Positions 20,466 through 29,332 of a stretch of DNA of 64,000 nucleotides are shown one piece after another (position 1 is the first letter of the stretch; every line of letters starts with the position of its first letter). This DNA comes from an uncultured Nitrospiraceae bacterium (GTDB taxonomy: Bacteria > Nitrospirota > Thermodesulfovibrionia > Thermodesulfovibrionales > SM23-35). Made by a program: the position numbers and the translations under genes. Under the pieces are notes generated by a model, which searched no databases, was not told the DNA's origin, and worked only from the letters and a program-made list of their open reading frames with translations. The stretch is from assembly GCA_963727775.1 (NCBI GenBank), contig CAVSHB010000004.1:32001-96000 (forward strand), read 5' to 3'.

Positions 20466-22028
20466 ATGGAACCAGCAGAGGGTGTACAAAAGAGCAGTAC
20501 AAAGAGGAAGTTTCCGAAGCGAAGCAATCGTTACGGGCCCGATTTCAAGCTTCAAATAGTCAAGAAGTACGTTGAGGAGAGCGTTCCCGTTCCGGTGATC
20601 CGGCAGGAATGCGGAGTGAGCAGTAATTCGGTAAGACGCTGGGTACGTGCCTATCGTCGTGAGGGCGAAGCCGGACTATCGATGAGGTACACCGGTAAGG
20701 GACGCAGCCTTCCCACTCCAGTGAAAGAGAAGATCGTCGAAATCAAAGAAGGCAACCCGCTTTTCGGTATCAAGCGCATTTCGCAACTATTAAAGAGAGT
20801 GTTTTTCCTTTCCGCCAGCCCTGAGACGGTCCGTAAGACACTGCATGAATCATCCCTCATGACGGCCCCACCCAAGAAGCGGCAGCGTAATATTACCCGT
20901 CCCCGGTTTTTCGAGCGATCAACACCGAACCAGCTTTGGCAGACGGATATCTTTACGTTTCGACTTGGGGGCCGCTATGCGTTTCTGATCGGCTATATAG
21001 ACGATTATTCCCGCTACATAACGGGGCTTGAGCTTTTCCGCAGCCAAACGGCGCAGAATGTTATAGAGGTATACCGTCGGGCGGCCTCCGAGTACAACCC
21101 GCCCAAAGAGATGCTTACGGATAATGGGCGGCAGTATACGAGCTGGCGCGGCAACAGCCGCTTCGAACTGGAGTTAAAGAAAGACAAAATCCACCACATC
21201 AAATCGCAGCCTCACCACCCGATGACATTAGGGAAGATAGAGCGATTCTGGAAGACGATTTTTCTGGAGTTCCTAAGCCGAGCCCAGTTCGGTAGCTTTG
21301 AAGATGCGGTTGAGCGGATACGTCAGTGGGTGAAGTATTACAACCATAAAAGGCCGCATCAGGGTATCGGCGGCTTGTGTCCCGCAGACCGGTATTTTGA
21401 GATCCAGAGCGAGCTTAGAAAGACCATCGAGCAGGGCATCCAGGACAACCTCCTTGAGATGGCGCTAAGGGGCAAGCCGCGCCTGCCGTTTTACATGGTG
21501 GGCCGGATGGAGGGGCAGTCGGTGGTGCTGCGTGCGGAAAAGGGCAGGCTGAGGTTGTCGGTTGACGCCGAAAACGACGACATTACGCAGGAAGTAGTTT
21601 ACAATCTAAATGAGAAAGGACATGACAATGGAGAAGACGGAGAAGATAAAGAGCGAGAAGAAGCGGCAGCCGATGAACTACGGGGCAATGGAAAAGTGCA
21701 AGGCGGTACTGTCTGTATGGACGGAGAGGCGCAGACCGGCGGAGATATGCCGGGAGCTGTCGATCCCCTGGATGGCGCTTGCGCACTGGCAGAGGCGGGC
21801 AATGGAGGGGATGCTCCAGGCGCTGGAGCCGAGGGTGAGCCTGGACAGGGGGCCAGCGCTTTCTCCCCGCTTGCAGGCGTTGCTGGAGAAGAAGCGTCTG
21901 ACGCTCTTGACGAGCACAGTGCAGGGCAGACTGGAAAGGACGCTATCAAAGGCACAGGAAGCAAGGAAAGCGGAGACGCCTCAGTCGAAGGAGATAAAAC
22001 CCTCCGGCGAAGCCTTGCGGAAAACTGA
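20466..22028 (+). CDS. IS481-like DDE transposase (HTH-HTH-rve) with acidic low-complexity tail
   Basis: PNQLWQTD, IDDYSR, TDNGRQY, GKIERF, YNHKRPHQG. Confidence 0.88.
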   Translation: MEPAEGVQKSSTKRKFPKRSNRYGPDFKLQIVKKYVEESVPVPVIRQECGVSSNSVRRWVRAYRREGEAGLSMRYTGKGRSLPTPVKEKIVEIKEGNPLFGIKRISQLLKRVFFLSASPETVRKTLHESSLMTAPPKKRQRNITRPRFFERSTPNQLWQTDIFTFRLGGRYAFLIGYIDDYSRYITGLELFRSQTAQNVIEVYRRAASEYNPPKEMLTDNGRQYTSWRGNSRFELELKKDKIHHIKSQPHHPMTLGKIERFWKTIFLEFLSRAQFGSFEDAVERIRQWVKYYNHKRPHQGIGGLCPADRYFEIQSELRKTIEQGIQDNLLEMALRGKPRLPFYMVGRMEGQSVVLRAEKGRLRLSVDAENDDITQEVVYNLNEKGHDNGEDGEDKEREEAAADELRGNGKVQGGTVCMDGEAQTGGDMPGAVDPLDGACALAEAGNGGDAPGAGAEGEPGQGASAFSPLAGVAGEEASDALDEHSAGQTGKDAIKGTGSKESGDASVEGDKTLRRSLAEN

Positions 22029-22038
22029 GAAACCGTAG
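21628..22038 (+). CDS. Small HTH protein overprinted (+1 frame) on the transposase 3' end
   Basis: AAGGA RBS before ATG 21628; KAVLSVW...AEICRELSI...HWQRRAMEGM aligns by eye with the next HTH ORF. Confidence 0.7.
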   Translation: MEKTEKIKSEKKRQPMNYGAMEKCKAVLSVWTERRRPAEICRELSIPWMALAHWQRRAMEGMLQALEPRVSLDRGPALSPRLQALLEKKRLTLLTSTVQGRLERTLSKAQEARKAETPQSKEIKPSGEALRKTEKP

Positions 22039-22182
22039 CGTAGAGACATCCTAATAATGGGGCAAGGCAGAAAACGGGTGATGGTTAAATATGGACCGAG
22101 TTGAGAAAATCGATTGTAGGGCTTCTGAGGAAGGCGATTTTCTCTCAATCCGAAGATTTTTAGTTGTTAAAGGGAGTGTGCT

Positions 22183-22569
22183 ATGAGCGACTCAAAGGAT
22201 AAGGAGCGTGCCCGCCAAAGAGCAGCGGTGGTGTTTGCCGTGCGCAGCGGCCAGATAACAGCCGAGGAGGGTGCGCGCCGACTGGGCGTGTCCCGCAAGA
22301 CCTACTACGAATGGGAAAGCCGGGCATTACAGGCGATGACAGAAGCCATGGAAAACAAATCTGCCGGCAGACCGAACATGCCGCAGGACGAGGAGAAGCA
22401 GCGTTTACAGGAGGAGGTTACCGAACTCCGGAAGAAGTTGTTTGTCGCTGAAAAGACGGTAGAAGTGCGGGATATGTTGCATGCGTATGAGTTGCAGAAT
22501 GCCGGTGATAAGAAAAGCGTCCCGACAAATCGGGAGGAAAAAAAACGAAAGCAAAGGAAGAAACGATAA
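22183..22569 (+). CDS. HTH + coiled-coil protein (IS3 OrfA-like)
   Basis: AEEGARRLGVSRKTYYEW HTH; LQEEVTELRKKL zipper; GGGAG RBS; A8 run near the 3' end. Confidence 0.85.
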   Translation: MSDSKDKERARQRAAVVFAVRSGQITAEEGARRLGVSRKTYYEWESRALQAMTEAMENKSAGRPNMPQDEEKQRLQEEVTELRKKLFVAEKTVEVRDMLHAYELQNAGDKKSVPTNREEKKRKQRKKR

Positions 22570-22574
22570 CTCGT

Positions 22575-23618
22575 ATGCTTGCCATGATTGACCAGATCAG
22601 GGAGAGGACCGGGATGCCCTACAGAGCGATCTGCTATGCCGTAAGACTGCCCTACCCGAGTTTTATGCGGTGGCGCATACGGCGCAAAAAAGATACGCCC
22701 TTGGTGCGGCAACCTGGTCCTCCCAAGGTCAAGCCACCGGATTTTGGCAAGATTGAGCAGGATATAGCACAGTTATCTCACGGGCACAATCGCACGCAGG
22801 GAACCGGGGCGTTATATGTTCGCTACGGATCCACCGTATCAAGGCGGAAGCTGCATACAATGGTAGCAATGGCGCGGCACGATCTCAATACCTACCATCG
22901 TCAGAATCTGCGGCGCATCCGCTGGAACGTGCCGAACGTCGCCTGGTCCATGGACCCCTGCGAATACGAACAGCGTGACGCAACTGGTGCAAAGGTATAC
23001 CTGAACCAGATGCAAGATCTCGCGTCACGCTATAAGTTTAATCCCATGACGGGAGAAGTTCCCTGCGGCGAAGAGATATCCGGCTATCTTGCGGCAACCT
23101 TCAATCGGTTTGGAGCACCCCTGTTCCTAAAACGGGACAATGGAGGTAACCTCAATCATGCAGCTGTCAATGACGTGCTTGCCGATTATTTTGTCCTACC
23201 GGTGAATAGCCCGGTCCATTATCCGCCTTATAACGGTGCGATCGAAGAGGCGCAAACCGAGCTGAAAAATGGGCTTGCCGCTAAGCTCTCGTACAGGCCC
23301 TTTTGCCCACGAGAACACATAGAGGCATACGCCTCGACGGTTGAGCATGATCTTAATCACCAACCTCGTCCGTGCTTGAACGGTAACAACGCCTGCAGGG
23401 TGTACTTCATCGGAAAAAGAGCTTTTTCCAAATGGGAAAGGAGGGATGCCTATGTTTGGATAACGACCTTGCAGAGTGATATACTTTGCAGTGAAGGGGT
23501 TCAGCCCCAGGCGGCTTGGCGCATCGCCGTGGAGGCATGGCTGAACATGAAAGGCTTTATTACGATTACGATTAATGGAAAAGTGTTACCCAATTTTTTC
23601 TCATTTCGGTATCATTAA
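22575..23618 (+). CDS. Second DDE integrase-core transposase (OrfB-like)
   Basis: WSMD...QDLASRY...RDNGG-x-YNGAIE with D(35)E spacing; stop lies inside the right TIR. Confidence 0.82.
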   Translation: MLAMIDQIRERTGMPYRAICYAVRLPYPSFMRWRIRRKKDTPLVRQPGPPKVKPPDFGKIEQDIAQLSHGHNRTQGTGALYVRYGSTVSRRKLHTMVAMARHDLNTYHRQNLRRIRWNVPNVAWSMDPCEYEQRDATGAKVYLNQMQDLASRYKFNPMTGEVPCGEEISGYLAATFNRFGAPLFLKRDNGGNLNHAAVNDVLADYFVLPVNSPVHYPPYNGAIEEAQTELKNGLAAKLSYRPFCPREHIEAYASTVEHDLNHQPRPCLNGNNACRVYFIGKRAFSKWERRDAYVWITTLQSDILCSEGVQPQAAWRIAVEAWLNMKGFITITINGKVLPNFFSFRYH

Positions 23619-23633
23619 CTCTTGGCGTGCACA

Positions 23634-25019
23634 GGACACATGAAGAAAACTATTCCCTCACTCGGGATTGTCCTTGACTGCTGTACAAAACCTTCCCATG
23701 ACCTGGGGAGAGAAGATTACTTTGACGCAATGTTCAATGAGATGAAAGACTACCTTGTTAAGAATGGTGTACGGAAGGTTATTGTTGCCTGTCCTAGTTG
23801 TCATAAAATCTTCAGGAAATATGGGGGAGAACTCTCTGTCAGCACCGTGTATGAGTATTTGTCGCAATATGGTATCCCTGATACTGGGAGCATCGCAGGA
23901 ACTATTACTGTACATGACCCCTGTGCACTCAGATTTGAAGAATCTGTCCATTCCGCCGTAAGAGATTTGGCCATAAAGAAAGGATTATCGATTGAAGAAA
24001 TGCCCCATAGCGGGGTTAAGGCACTATGCTGTGGCGAAGGAGGTTCTGTCGGCTGTTTATCACCTGATCTGGCAAAAAACTGGGGTATTCTCAGAAAGGG
24101 GGATACAAACGGAGACAGGATTATTACCTACTGTGCCGGCTGCGCAAACTTTTTAAGTTCATTAGTCCCTATCAGCCACATCCTCGATATCATGTTTGAA
24201 CCACAGGCAACCATGAACGGAAATGTTAAAGTTTCCAAAGCCCCTAAGACATACCTCAACCGCTTGAAACTGAAAAAACAGATGAAGCATATGGTAAATA
24301 ATGGTATAACCCGTGAGAGAACATTTACCTTCGATGAAGAGAACAAAAAAGGCAATATGCTGAAACGTATCCTGTTCCTGTCAGTTATCATTGCTGTTAT
24401 CCTCGCCATACGTCTTACCGGCGCTTCACGTTATATAGAACAGAATGCCCTCAAGGGGTTAATCCAGGGGTACGGAACATTGGCGCCATTGATTTATATG
24501 CTGGCGTATGCGGTAGCTCCTGTACTCCTTCTGCCCGGACTCCCCTTAACCATTGCAGGGGGAATTCTTTTTGGCCCTTTCTGGGGTGTTGTCTATACCA
24601 TAACGAGTGCAACCATAGGGGCCTGTGTAGCATTTCTTATATCACGCTATATTACCAGAGATTTTATAGAAGGAAAATTGAAAAGTCCCAGATGGCGCAA
24701 ACTCGACCAGGGAGTTGAACGGCATGGATGGAAGATTGTTGCTTTTACCCGATTAGTACCGCTGTTCCCTTTCAATCTCCTGAATTACGCCTTTGGTCTT
24801 ACAAAGATTAATTTCCTTCACTATGCGATAACAACCTTCATCTGCATGCTTCCCGCATGTATCGCATTTATCGTCTTTTCAAGTAGTCTTCTCGATGTGA
24901 TCAAAGGGGAAATATCACCGGCATTTTTGGTAGGGTTGGGTCTCATTGTTGCTGTATCATTGATACCCCTATTTTACAACCGCTATAAATTGAAAAATGG
25001 ATTAAACGATCCTTTATAA
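23634..25019 (+). pseudogene. 5'-truncated CCG-domain (Fe-S) protein fused to a TVP38/VTT (DedA-like) membrane domain
   Basis: DCC, VACPSC, HDPC, CCGEGG and YCAGC CCG-type motifs; LPGLPLTIAGG...RLVPLFPFNLLNYAFGLT; frame begins at the element end. Confidence 0.75.
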
Positions 25020-25037
25020 CAAAAACACGGAGGAAAT

Positions 25038-25796
25038 ATGAACAAGGAAGGTATGAGCAGAAACAGTTTTCTTAAGACAGTATTTGTTGGTTCCTGTAGT
25101 TTAGGTCTTCTATCTGTAAACGGATTAAGACTATTCGCCGATGCAGCAGAAAAAGGTGCTCCTAAAACAGCAGCAAAATCCGGATCAGGTGATTCACTGG
25201 TTTTCCCTACAAAAGGAAACCCGATCCTCATTGATGAAAAAGGCAAAAGGGTGCTCATTTACACGGAAGTGCATGAGATGAATGTCCATCAGTCGAATGT
25301 CCACTGGGGAGTTGTGTTTAAAGACGGCAAATTTCAGGACAGAGGAATCTTAAGGGCGTATGCAAACCAGTTGGATTTCCATGATGCCCTGGTGAAAATA
25401 GGTGCAAAACCCGGGAATACTCTGTCAAAAGATACCGTCGGTCAATTTGTTCAGGGAGATACTCTGGATGTAAAAGCAACATGGCCGGGTCTTGGAAAAG
25501 AACTTTCCCTCAACGATATCTTTGTTGATGAAAAAGGTAAGCCTTTTACCATTAAATTCGGCGGAAACAGAAAGGCCTCGGAAGAACAGAAGACAGGATG
25601 CATCACCTGCCTTGAAAGCTGCTGGATATCCATTTCAAGCAATGCAAATTATCCGCAGACGGGACCGATAAAGAGATTCTTGAATCCCAATTCACACTTT
25701 AAGGGAAATGCAAATATTCTTCCCGGAGATGGGAAACCTGTCGTTCTCATATACAAAGTGGCAAGTACGAGCAACAGTAGGATAAAGAGTTCTTAA
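25038..25796 (+). CDS. YdjY-like exported protein
   Basis: Tat-like SRNSFLK leader; GAKPGN, FGGN and GCITCLESC motifs; next to a VTT gene as in ydjXYZ. Confidence 0.6.
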   Translation: MNKEGMSRNSFLKTVFVGSCSLGLLSVNGLRLFADAAEKGAPKTAAKSGSGDSLVFPTKGNPILIDEKGKRVLIYTEVHEMNVHQSNVHWGVVFKDGKFQDRGILRAYANQLDFHDALVKIGAKPGNTLSKDTVGQFVQGDTLDVKATWPGLGKELSLNDIFVDEKGKPFTIKFGGNRKASEEQKTGCITCLESCWISISSNANYPQTGPIKRFLNPNSHFKGNANILPGDGKPVVLIYKVASTSNSRIKSS

Positions 25797-26004
25797 TATC
25801 GAACTTTCGGATGACGTAGTCTCGAATGCGCAGTATAGGGACTAATGAACAACGTTGCAACTTCTCGAACATGGTCATTTAGAGGTGAATCTAAAAGCTG
25901 AAGACGTGTCACTTTGGGGTACGCACTAACCGGATGTCAGATACGATTCAGCTTCTATGACTATGGACTATCCTTAACAGGCGGCAGGGAGTCACCGCAT
26001 AAAT

Positions 26005-27411
26005 TTACGCGCTCACTTCTACCCGGTTCCTGCCTTTTCTCTTGGCATCATACATCGCGTCATCCGCCCTTTTGATAAGGGCATCCTCCGTATCGTCCGG
26101 TTTATACTCGGCTATGCCGAAGCTTACAGTGACCGGGCCGGCATGGTTAAATTTATAGCTCTCAATTTCTTTTCGAATCCTCTCTACCAACACTATGGCT
26201 TTTTCCAAATCCGTATCAGGTGCGATCAGGATAAACTCCTCTCCGCCCCATCTCACAAGATAATCGGTCTCCCTGAGATTCTTCCTGACAATTTTGGTTA
26301 GAGTCCGGAGCACGGAATCGCCGACAGCGTGACCGAAGGTGTCATTTATCTTTTTAAAGTGGTCTATATCAAACATAACAATGGACAGGGGATGAAAGTA
26401 CCTTTTCGCTCTCTCCATCTCCTTTTTGATTACCTCATAAAATTTCGTCCTGTTAAACGCCTGTGTCAATTTGTCCGTTGTAGCAAGTCTTTCAAGTTCT
26501 TTCTCCAATTGTTTTCGTCTTGTGATATTACGCACAATGCCGGAATAGAAGGTCTCTCCTTTGACGTTCCACATGGAAACGGCAAGTTCTATAGGGAAAT
26601 TATGCCCGTCCTTTCTCAGTCCCTGCATTTCATTTACCCTGCCGATATATTTTGATTTACTTGTCGCTTTTAGACGTTCTATCCCCTGTTGATGAGCCTC
26701 TCTGTACTGCTCAGGCATCAAAACCGTTAAAGGCTTTCCCAATATTTCATCTTCCGCATATCCGAATATGTTTTGAGAACTTTCGTTCCAGAAGACAATC
26801 TTTCCGTTGCTGTCGGCCAAAATAATTGCATCTACCGCCGTTTGTGCTATAGTACGGAATCTTTCTTCACTTTCCATATATATGGATTGTGACTTCTCAA
26901 GTTCCATTTTTGCATTGCGTAACGACTCGGTCTCCCGGAGCAGTTCCTCTGCATGCTTGCGGCCTGTGAGGTCTTCACATGCCGTCACAATGCCGACAGG
27001 CGCCCCTTTTGCATTTTTAACTGCAATAGATGTCAAATGCACGGGAAACAGTTCACCGTTTTTACGAATGTTTATGCTGTCCCTGTTCCGAACCCCCATT
27101 TCAAATAACTCCTCAAATGTCAGAGGCTTCCATAATTCAGAAGGAGCAAATATTCTTGCTTCCTTTCCGACCAGCTCTTCAACTGTATAACCGTGGGTTA
27201 CCGCTTCGGCCGGATTTGTATATATAATTTTTCCTTCTGTATCACTGATGGTAATACCGATAGGCAGTGTCTCAATGGCCTCTTTCAACAACCTTAGTAT
27301 ATCCAGCGCTCCCCTGTACCCACTCTGAGATTCCTCAGCTTCGGCAGTACGTCTACTCAGTTCTGCTAATTCAGTCCAGATTTGTTTTCCTGTAATACCT
27401 TTATCTTTCAT
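26005..27411 (-). CDS. PAS-PAS-GGDEF diguanylate cyclase
   Basis: Two PAS domains, TDKLT...NR, DIDHFKKINDTFGH, RETD I-site, GGEEF. Confidence 0.93.
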   Translation of the reverse strand: MKDKGITGKQIWTELAELSRRTAEAEESQSGYRGALDILRLLKEAIETLPIGITISDTEGKIIYTNPAEAVTHGYTVEELVGKEARIFAPSELWKPLTFEELFEMGVRNRDSINIRKNGELFPVHLTSIAVKNAKGAPVGIVTACEDLTGRKHAEELLRETESLRNAKMELEKSQSIYMESEERFRTIAQTAVDAIILADSNGKIVFWNESSQNIFGYAEDEILGKPLTVLMPEQYREAHQQGIERLKATSKSKYIGRVNEMQGLRKDGHNFPIELAVSMWNVKGETFYSGIVRNITRRKQLEKELERLATTDKLTQAFNRTKFYEVIKKEMERAKRYFHPLSIVMFDIDHFKKINDTFGHAVGDSVLRTLTKIVRKNLRETDYLVRWGGEEFILIAPDTDLEKAIVLVERIRKEIESYKFNHAGPVTVSFGIAEYKPDDTEDALIKRADDAMYDAKRKGRNRVEVSA

Positions 27412-28193
27412 TTTTTATCATTACTCTTTAACGTATTTATTAAATAACCTTTTACGTCTTTTCTCGGCTGGCCATCGGCACATAACAGTTTATTGAATGA
27501 GTCAATAATCGTATTAGGAGAAATCTGTGACCATTCTATATAATCGTCATATGAATTCACCTTTGAGAGGGACCCATCAGGCTTATATTTAATACGGTAT
27601 CTGAGCGAAAAATTTCCGTTATTGCATTTTATGGTAAATTTATCTCTTTCCGACTCTTTTTTTGTATTTTTATTTACGGCCTTCATCCAGAAAGTTACGT
27701 TCAAATTGTTTACGGCCATTCCTCCGGTATTTAAAAAATAGTCATCGTCCTTTGTAGAAACAATATATTCCCATTCAACGGAACAGTATAGTTCATGCAA
27801 TATGTTCACTGCCGATTCTTGTGGTATGAAAAGCCACTCCGGATCTCTCCTGTTCAGACTGTCAATGGCTTTTCCGGCTGAGTCATAATAAGTGATAGAC
27901 CGGATTCTTGATCGTTTACCCGGACAGTCTATTTCAATAAGGTTCACAATGTCCGTCAAATCCGCGTATTTTTCTCCAAGCCTATCTTTTAGCCTTGTAA
28001 AGATCTGCTCACTGTAAACTTCCTTCTGTTTAACTTTCAGGGTACCCTCGGACTTTATAATATTTTCATTATCGAAATAGAAAATAATGTCATTCTTGCC
28101 TGGACCCAAATATTGCCAATTCGCAGCATTTACTAAAGCCGCTACAAAAATTAAGGGTAAGGCAAGAAATATTATTAATGCGCTTTTTCTCAT
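27408..28193 (-). CDS. Exported protein with two repeated surface-adhesin-E-like domains
   Basis: Signal peptide; repeated W-x-Y...IDC/IKC...W-x-x-I-P...LYC/LLC pattern. Confidence 0.55.
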   Translation of the reverse strand: MRKSALIIFLALPLIFVAALVNAANWQYLGPGKNDIIFYFDNENIIKSEGTLKVKQKEVYSEQIFTRLKDRLGEKYADLTDIVNLIEIDCPGKRSRIRSITYYDSAGKAIDSLNRRDPEWLFIPQESAVNILHELYCSVEWEYIVSTKDDDYFLNTGGMAVNNLNVTFWMKAVNKNTKKESERDKFTIKCNNGNFSLRYRIKYKPDGSLSKVNSYDDYIEWSQISPNTIIDSFNKLLCADGQPRKDVKGYLINTLKSNDKK

Positions 28194-28283
28194 CTTTTTA
28201 AGTTCTTTCTATTAGGTATTGTTTATCTTATAATCCTTATCCCGCATAATTCAATATACAAGAAAATTTCGTATAATCCGGAG

Positions 28284-29240
28284 CTATCTTGTCAAGGCAT
28301 TTGATGTCTGTTCTACCTGCTTCCACGTTTTATCAGGGTCATACTTTTTCATTGCCTTCGCAATCTCTTCCGTCTTCAGCCCGAGATTCTTTTCATACAC
28401 AATGCCCTCCTGGTTCACAATAAATGTCATGATCCCGGACACCCCGTATTGCGCAGGGTATGCCACTAATCCAAATCCGGCTGTCATTTTGCCGTTGGTC
28501 ACGTATTCCTGTTTACCCCCGGGGGCATTACTGCCCCGGCTTTTCAGGATCTTGAAATAATACCCGTAATATGGCTTATGCTTTTCGCCTTTTTTACCGA
28601 CAGTGTATCCTTCTTCCGTAGCACGGGCAACCAGGGGACCGAGGGGACTCCTGTCCTCTCCCGGTCCGACCTCCCAGTACAGACCATCCTTCTTGCCCTT
28701 GTTACTCACAAAATGTCGAGCGTATTGGAGCACTCCATCACCATTACGGTCCTTCCGGGCATATTCGCGTTGCGCATCTACATAAGCCAGAGCAACCTGA
28801 ATGGTATTTAATTCGTTTCTGCCTATCCTACGGTTTAAGATCTCCTGCTTTCCCTCTTCAGTGGAGAAGATCCATCCCTGCTCCGATTTCACAATGGGGA
28901 TAGGGAAAGGGCACTCGTCTTTTCCAATGACAGGCAGCATTGTCTTGTCGTCCAACTTCGAAAACTTGACCGCGTCCCCTGCTGTCTTGACAAAGCGCTC
29001 ACGGGCGCGCCTATCGGCAACCGCATCCCCTGAGGATACTATGTCTTTGCCTTCGGGTCCGAAGATAGCCGATAATTCTTCAACGTCATTGTTCTTGGTC
29101 GCCTCCACAAGCGCTTTAAATGCGTCTTCCGGGGACTTGAACCTTTTCTGCTTCGTATCTTGAGCATAGGTGAGAAAACTGATAAATGTTATTACAATCA
29201 TAGTCACAATGAAAACAGCTTTTGTTTTATATCTAAGCAT
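28284..29240 (-). CDS. DUF2950 family exported protein
   Basis: FKSPEDA, RRIGRNEL, YVDAQREYA, KDGLYW, PYYGYYFKIL, YGVSGIMTFIVN; GGAGG RBS before ATG 29240. Confidence 0.85.
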   Translation of the reverse strand: MLRYKTKAVFIVTMIVITFISFLTYAQDTKQKRFKSPEDAFKALVEATKNNDVEELSAIFGPEGKDIVSSGDAVADRRARERFVKTAGDAVKFSKLDDKTMLPVIGKDECPFPIPIVKSEQGWIFSTEEGKQEILNRRIGRNELNTIQVALAYVDAQREYARKDRNGDGVLQYARHFVSNKGKKDGLYWEVGPGEDRSPLGPLVARATEEGYTVGKKGEKHKPYYGYYFKILKSRGSNAPGGKQEYVTNGKMTAGFGLVAYPAQYGVSGIMTFIVNQEGIVYEKNLGLKTEEIAKAMKKYDPDKTWKQVEQTSNALTR

Positions 29241-29332
29241 CGGCTTTGTCCTCCATATCAGTAATCTGATTGGTCCCTTGTTTGATTTCTGACCTAACAT
29301 AGTTGGTCTCCGTTGAAGCACAACACATTCTC

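Larger units (their letters stand above)
20381..23633 (+). mobile_element. 3253-bp TGT...ACA transposable element with two DDE transposases and two HTH ORFs
   Basis: Left end tgtgctaacgaccagataatgataccaaag...gggtgacact; right end reverse-complement tgtgcacgccaagagttaatgataccgaaa...gggtaacact; genes truncated at both ends. Confidence 0.8.

Noticed and set aside
25797..26004. 208-bp gap between convergent genes as an ncRNA
   Set aside because: No convincing stem, repeat or known motif was seen
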